Shown here: positions 60,593 through 64,000 of the stretch, piece after piece
How the letters are laid out: each line of letters opens with the position of its first letter
Numbering within the stretch: the first letter of the stretch is position 1
Source: Zygnema circumcarinatum SAG 698-1b
Lineage: Eukaryota > Plantae > Zygnematophyceae
DNA: 64,000 bases
Assembly: GCA_037447605.1 (NCBI GenBank)
Contig: CM074810.1
Location: 3,196,880 to 3,260,879 of the forward strand
Reading direction: 5' to 3'
Notes under the pieces: model-generated
Database searches by the model: none
What the model was told of the DNA's origin: nothing
Seen by the model: the letters and a program-made list of their open reading frames with translations, nothing else
Made by a program: the position numbers and the translations under genes

Positions 60593-62805
60593 GCACTGTC
60601 ACTACCGGCTGACATGAATTGTAGTTCCCCGGAGTGGGAACAAGGGCGAAATAGATTGCTTTTGATAGAACAGCGCTGATAGAACATTCTTTAACCATCT
60701 TGTTTCCAGCGATCTGACTTACTGAATGCGTCTAGAATTGAAACGATATGCTTCACAACCTAGGCTTCGTACTAAGTTCAACTTTGAATAGCATGCAAGT
60801 ATATTATATAGTTTATACGTGTTAAACTTTTCCTCTTCTCGTCAGCAAGCCATACCGGTGCATGCCAACAAAAACAAAGCAGTGTTCTGATCTAACTTGT
60901 TCATCACCATACGAGCGTGTCATATTGGATGTGCAGAAGTATAACGAAAAATACTTGTGCTTGGATGCAGGGGAAGGATTGACAGTAGATTGGAAGCGGA
61001 GGCAATATCCATAAAATCTAAATCAAAGACCTGGGGTCTCAATAAGCAAGTAAGTTTGACAAGCACAGGTATTTCTTTAGCTGCCACTTTGATTTGACGT
61101 GAAAGGGGTGGAACTTTTGTATCTTGAGAGTCACCTTGACATGAAAAGTTACGGAACCCCTGAATTTAAGCAATGACAAGAGTTTGTAGGGTTCGGACGG
61201 GTGGGAACTTGACAGAATTTTAATACTTCATTCATCATGATGGGTTTAAGAAACTAACCAAACTCCGTTTGCCTACTTAACTTGGCCAGTTCATGAAGTT
61301 AATGGGAAAGGTGCCACAAGGAACGAAGCCTGTACCGCACTGAAATCAGGTGGGAAGTCGCGGATCCTTTGTTCTTCAGCTGTTGCAGGAAGTGGAAAAG
61401 GGCGGGTCACTATGGGAGAGAGGAGAGATGTGGGACTGCGATTGAGAGAAAGGAGGAAAGGAGGCTGAGGGCGGGGGAGAGGAGAGGGAGATAAGGAGCG
61501 GCAGGGCAGAAAGGTGAGGAGTGTGTGAGAGGGAAAAAGGAGGAAATGGGAGACAGGTGTCAGAATGGAAGGGAGGCGAGATGTGGGAATGGCAGTGAGA
61601 GGGAGGAAAGGAGGTAGTAGTTGAAAGAAATTGCTTGGCCATAAGGCCAACCATTTTATGCTCTCATATGTTCTGACGATCTCTTCGAGCCTGTTCTTGC
61701 TGTGGTCAGGGCTTTACCTAATCGTATGAGAGATGCCGAGTCTGAGAAATACACCAGCTGATTAATATTATTATCAGCGCGTGTGATCTCATTGAGGCTG
61801 CAAGGGCAATGGAAGCACGAAAACTTTGTTATAGCACCAGTTCACAAACCATGTGGGCTTCAATTTTTTTTGAGAAAAAATGAGCAGCAGCCCATTGCGG
61901 AGCAACAGCTTTCTTGGACCATCGGCTGCAATATATCCCCCCTCATTAGATGGTGGGGAATGGTGATGTTAGACATCCCAAGGTCCAACAGCGACCTTTT
62001 TATTAGCAGGGAGCTTTGAGCCATCTTCTGGATTCTATTTGTAAGGGGTAGTCTTGTTTATTCAGCATGTTCGGCTAGTCGGCTTCCCGAGCCAATTGTA
62101 AGATAAATGGACATTAAAACGACCATGGCGAAGCCTTTGTAGCAGATTATTATGAGCAATGAGATCGACCCGGCTCTAAGTGCAAACTGACGATATGGAC
62201 CTGGAACTGCACCTGGATAAAACATTCTCTGGGTGTATTTTTCTCATCGGTGTTGTTTTTATCCTTCGCGAAACATGGTGAATGCTAGAAAGCAATGCCA
62301 AATGGAAGCTTTTCAATTTTCTCCTTTTGAATTAGCGCTATTCAACGCTGTGATCGTAACTGAGCGTTTTATGGATGCATGTACTATAGCATGAGGGACC
62401 TACGGCCAACCTGAGAGAGCTAACTAGCAGGACCTATGAACGTGAGAGACCGCCGAGTAGCTTGAAAGACCAGCGAACAACAAAAGAGAGAGAGAGAGAG
62501 AGACATAAGACCAACCAAGAACGTAAACATAAAAACAAACTTGAATGACTTAAAGTGTATCAATAACATGGGCGACCTATCAAGACGAGGCACATAAGAT
62601 ATTTTGTTGATATGGTGTTGAAAGCTAAAACATTCACTGTAAAGCCTGAGGAAAAGAGACAATGTGAGCACACTACGAAAAAGGAAGGAATGGAAATGTG
62701 AGAGAGGGAAGATGGAGAAGAATCCGAAGAAAGGGCAACGGGAAGAACTAAAAGCATTAGCTTCCCAATGTGAGCCATGCCCCCTCCGCCCTCTCCGCTG
62801 TTCAC

Positions 62806-63250
62806 GCCATGGCGCGCTGCTCCCTGTTCCATGTCGCTCCCCCCATGCCATGCCATGGCGCGCTGCTCCCTGTTCCATGTCGCTCCCCCCATGCCATGCC
62901 ATGGCGCGCTGCTCCCTGTTCCATGCGCTCCCCCCATGCCATGCCATGGCGCGCTGCTCCCTGTTCCATGCGCTCCCCCCATGCCATGCCATGGCGCGCT
63001 GCTCCCTGTTCCATGCGCTCCCCCCATGCCATGCCATGGCGCGCTGCTCCCTGTTCCATGCGCTCCCCCCATGCCATGCCATGGCGCGCTGCTCCCTGTT
63101 CCATGCGCTCCCCCCATGCCATGCCATGGCGCGCTGCTCCCTGTTCCATGCGCTCCCCCCATGCCATGCCATGGCGCGCTGCTCCCTGTTCCATGTCGCT
63201 CCCCCCATGCCATGCCATGCCATGCCATGCCATGCCATGCCATGCCATGC
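62806..63250. repeat. 45/46-bp GC-rich minisatellite (9 copies) ending in (CATGC)9
   Basis: Unit gccatggcgcgctgctccctgttccatgcgctccccccatgccat at 62806, 62852, 62898, 62943, 62988, 63033, 63078, 63123, 63168. Confidence 0.95.
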
Positions 63251-63324
63251 CCACACCACCCCTCGCAGTTCCCACACAAATTTTCACAGCCTCCCTAACA
63301 ATGTCCTCGGCTCGTCCAGCGTCA

Positions 63325-63565
63325 CATGGCACAACCTGACGTGACGTGACACGGCATGTCATGTCTGTCATGACGAAACATGTCAATGACATGAAATGAC
63401 GTAAGGTGACGCATCGTAAGGCGACATGCCGCGACATGACGCGACATGACATGATATGACGCGACGTGTCGTTACATGACACGGCATGTCATGTCATGAC
63501 ATGACATGATGTGACACGGCGTGACATGATGTGACCAAGCGTGACGTGACGCAAAGTGACACGAT
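63325..63565. repeat. Degenerate pentamer satellite (CATGA/CGTGA/CATGT/CGCGA)
   Basis: gacatgacgcgacatgacatgatatgacgcgacgtg...catgtcatgtcatgacatgacatg. Confidence 0.8.
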
Positions 63566-64000
63566 GATAATCCAGTAAGGAGGCTCCCTCGCACGCGTGA
63601 ATTCGAATTTGTCAACGGTCGTCTCCCCGCTTGCCCGGCTTCGAGCCCTGCGAACGGCAACCCTAAAACGGCACCCTCGGACCGGCCGTGAGGTGCTGCA
63701 ACGGTCGTCTGCTTCCGAGCTGAACGCCTCCTTGGGCTGAAGTGAAGGCCTCTCTGCTGTGTATAATAGGATTGGAACCTTCTCTCATGCATGTAAAGCA
63801 TGTACATATATGTATCTGTTGTATAAGGTGAATGGTGGAGGGGGAGAAGAAATAGACGAAGCTGTAGTGTCGAATTAGGGTTTGTTGGGAGTTACTGTTT
63901 TAGAACGGTTGCAGGAGAAAGAATGGCAGGAGAGGGATGGCTTTGTGATGAGTTTCAGATCGACCCTGTGTATGAGAACATTTGTTCTCCGAAGTTCTTT

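Noticed and set aside
61290-62470. Possible - strand exons (DKNNTDEKNTPRECFIQ, NPEDGSKLPANKKVAVGPWDV, AEEQRIRDFPPDF...)
   Set aside because: Splice-like sites are present, but I could not assemble a consistent or recognisable protein; needs RNA-seq.
63204-63250. (CATGC)n as RY/B3-binding elements
   Set aside because: The RY core needs CATGCA; this repeat gives CATGCC.
1-64000. tRNA, rRNA, snRNA, reverse transcriptase or transposase genes
   Set aside because: No T-loop/cloverleaf, rRNA signature or RT/DDE motif recognised by eye; a tRNAscan/Rfam/RepeatMasker run would be needed to exclude degenerate copies.

Overview
Gene-dense, intron-rich eukaryotic nuclear DNA from a green plant-lineage organism. 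A streptophyte (charophyte-grade) alga is my inference from the land-plant-type gene set, compact GT-AG introns and heavy simple-repeat load. Spliced models built by hand, in order: RRM protein (+, 5' partial), soluble starch synthase I (+, 15 exons), an unassigned 167-aa protein (-), a two-domain ricin-B/EUL lectin (+), a Ulp1/C48 SUMO protease (-, intact catalytic residues), an intronless coiled-coil ORF (-), a BRD1/2/13-type bromodomain protein (+), a glyoxalase/VOC protein (+), an 18-kb ZFYVE26/SPG15 homologue (-, broken by an assembly gap) and a TPX2-like protein (+). Most long ORFs in the supplied track are translations of GA/CT microsatellites. No tRNA, rRNA, CRISPR or clearly intact transposon was seen. 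The most unusual structure is non-coding: (i) TTAGGG-type arrays bracketing the ZFYVE26 gene in chromosome-end orientation about 140 bp from each end of the CDS; (ii) about 37-38-bp periodic ATCCAACGG motif arrays in two divergent promoters; (iii) tandem duplications that copy exon ends together with their 5' splice sites; (iv) giant polypyrimidine satellites positioned against 3' splice sites. All homology calls are from recalled motifs, not database searches.
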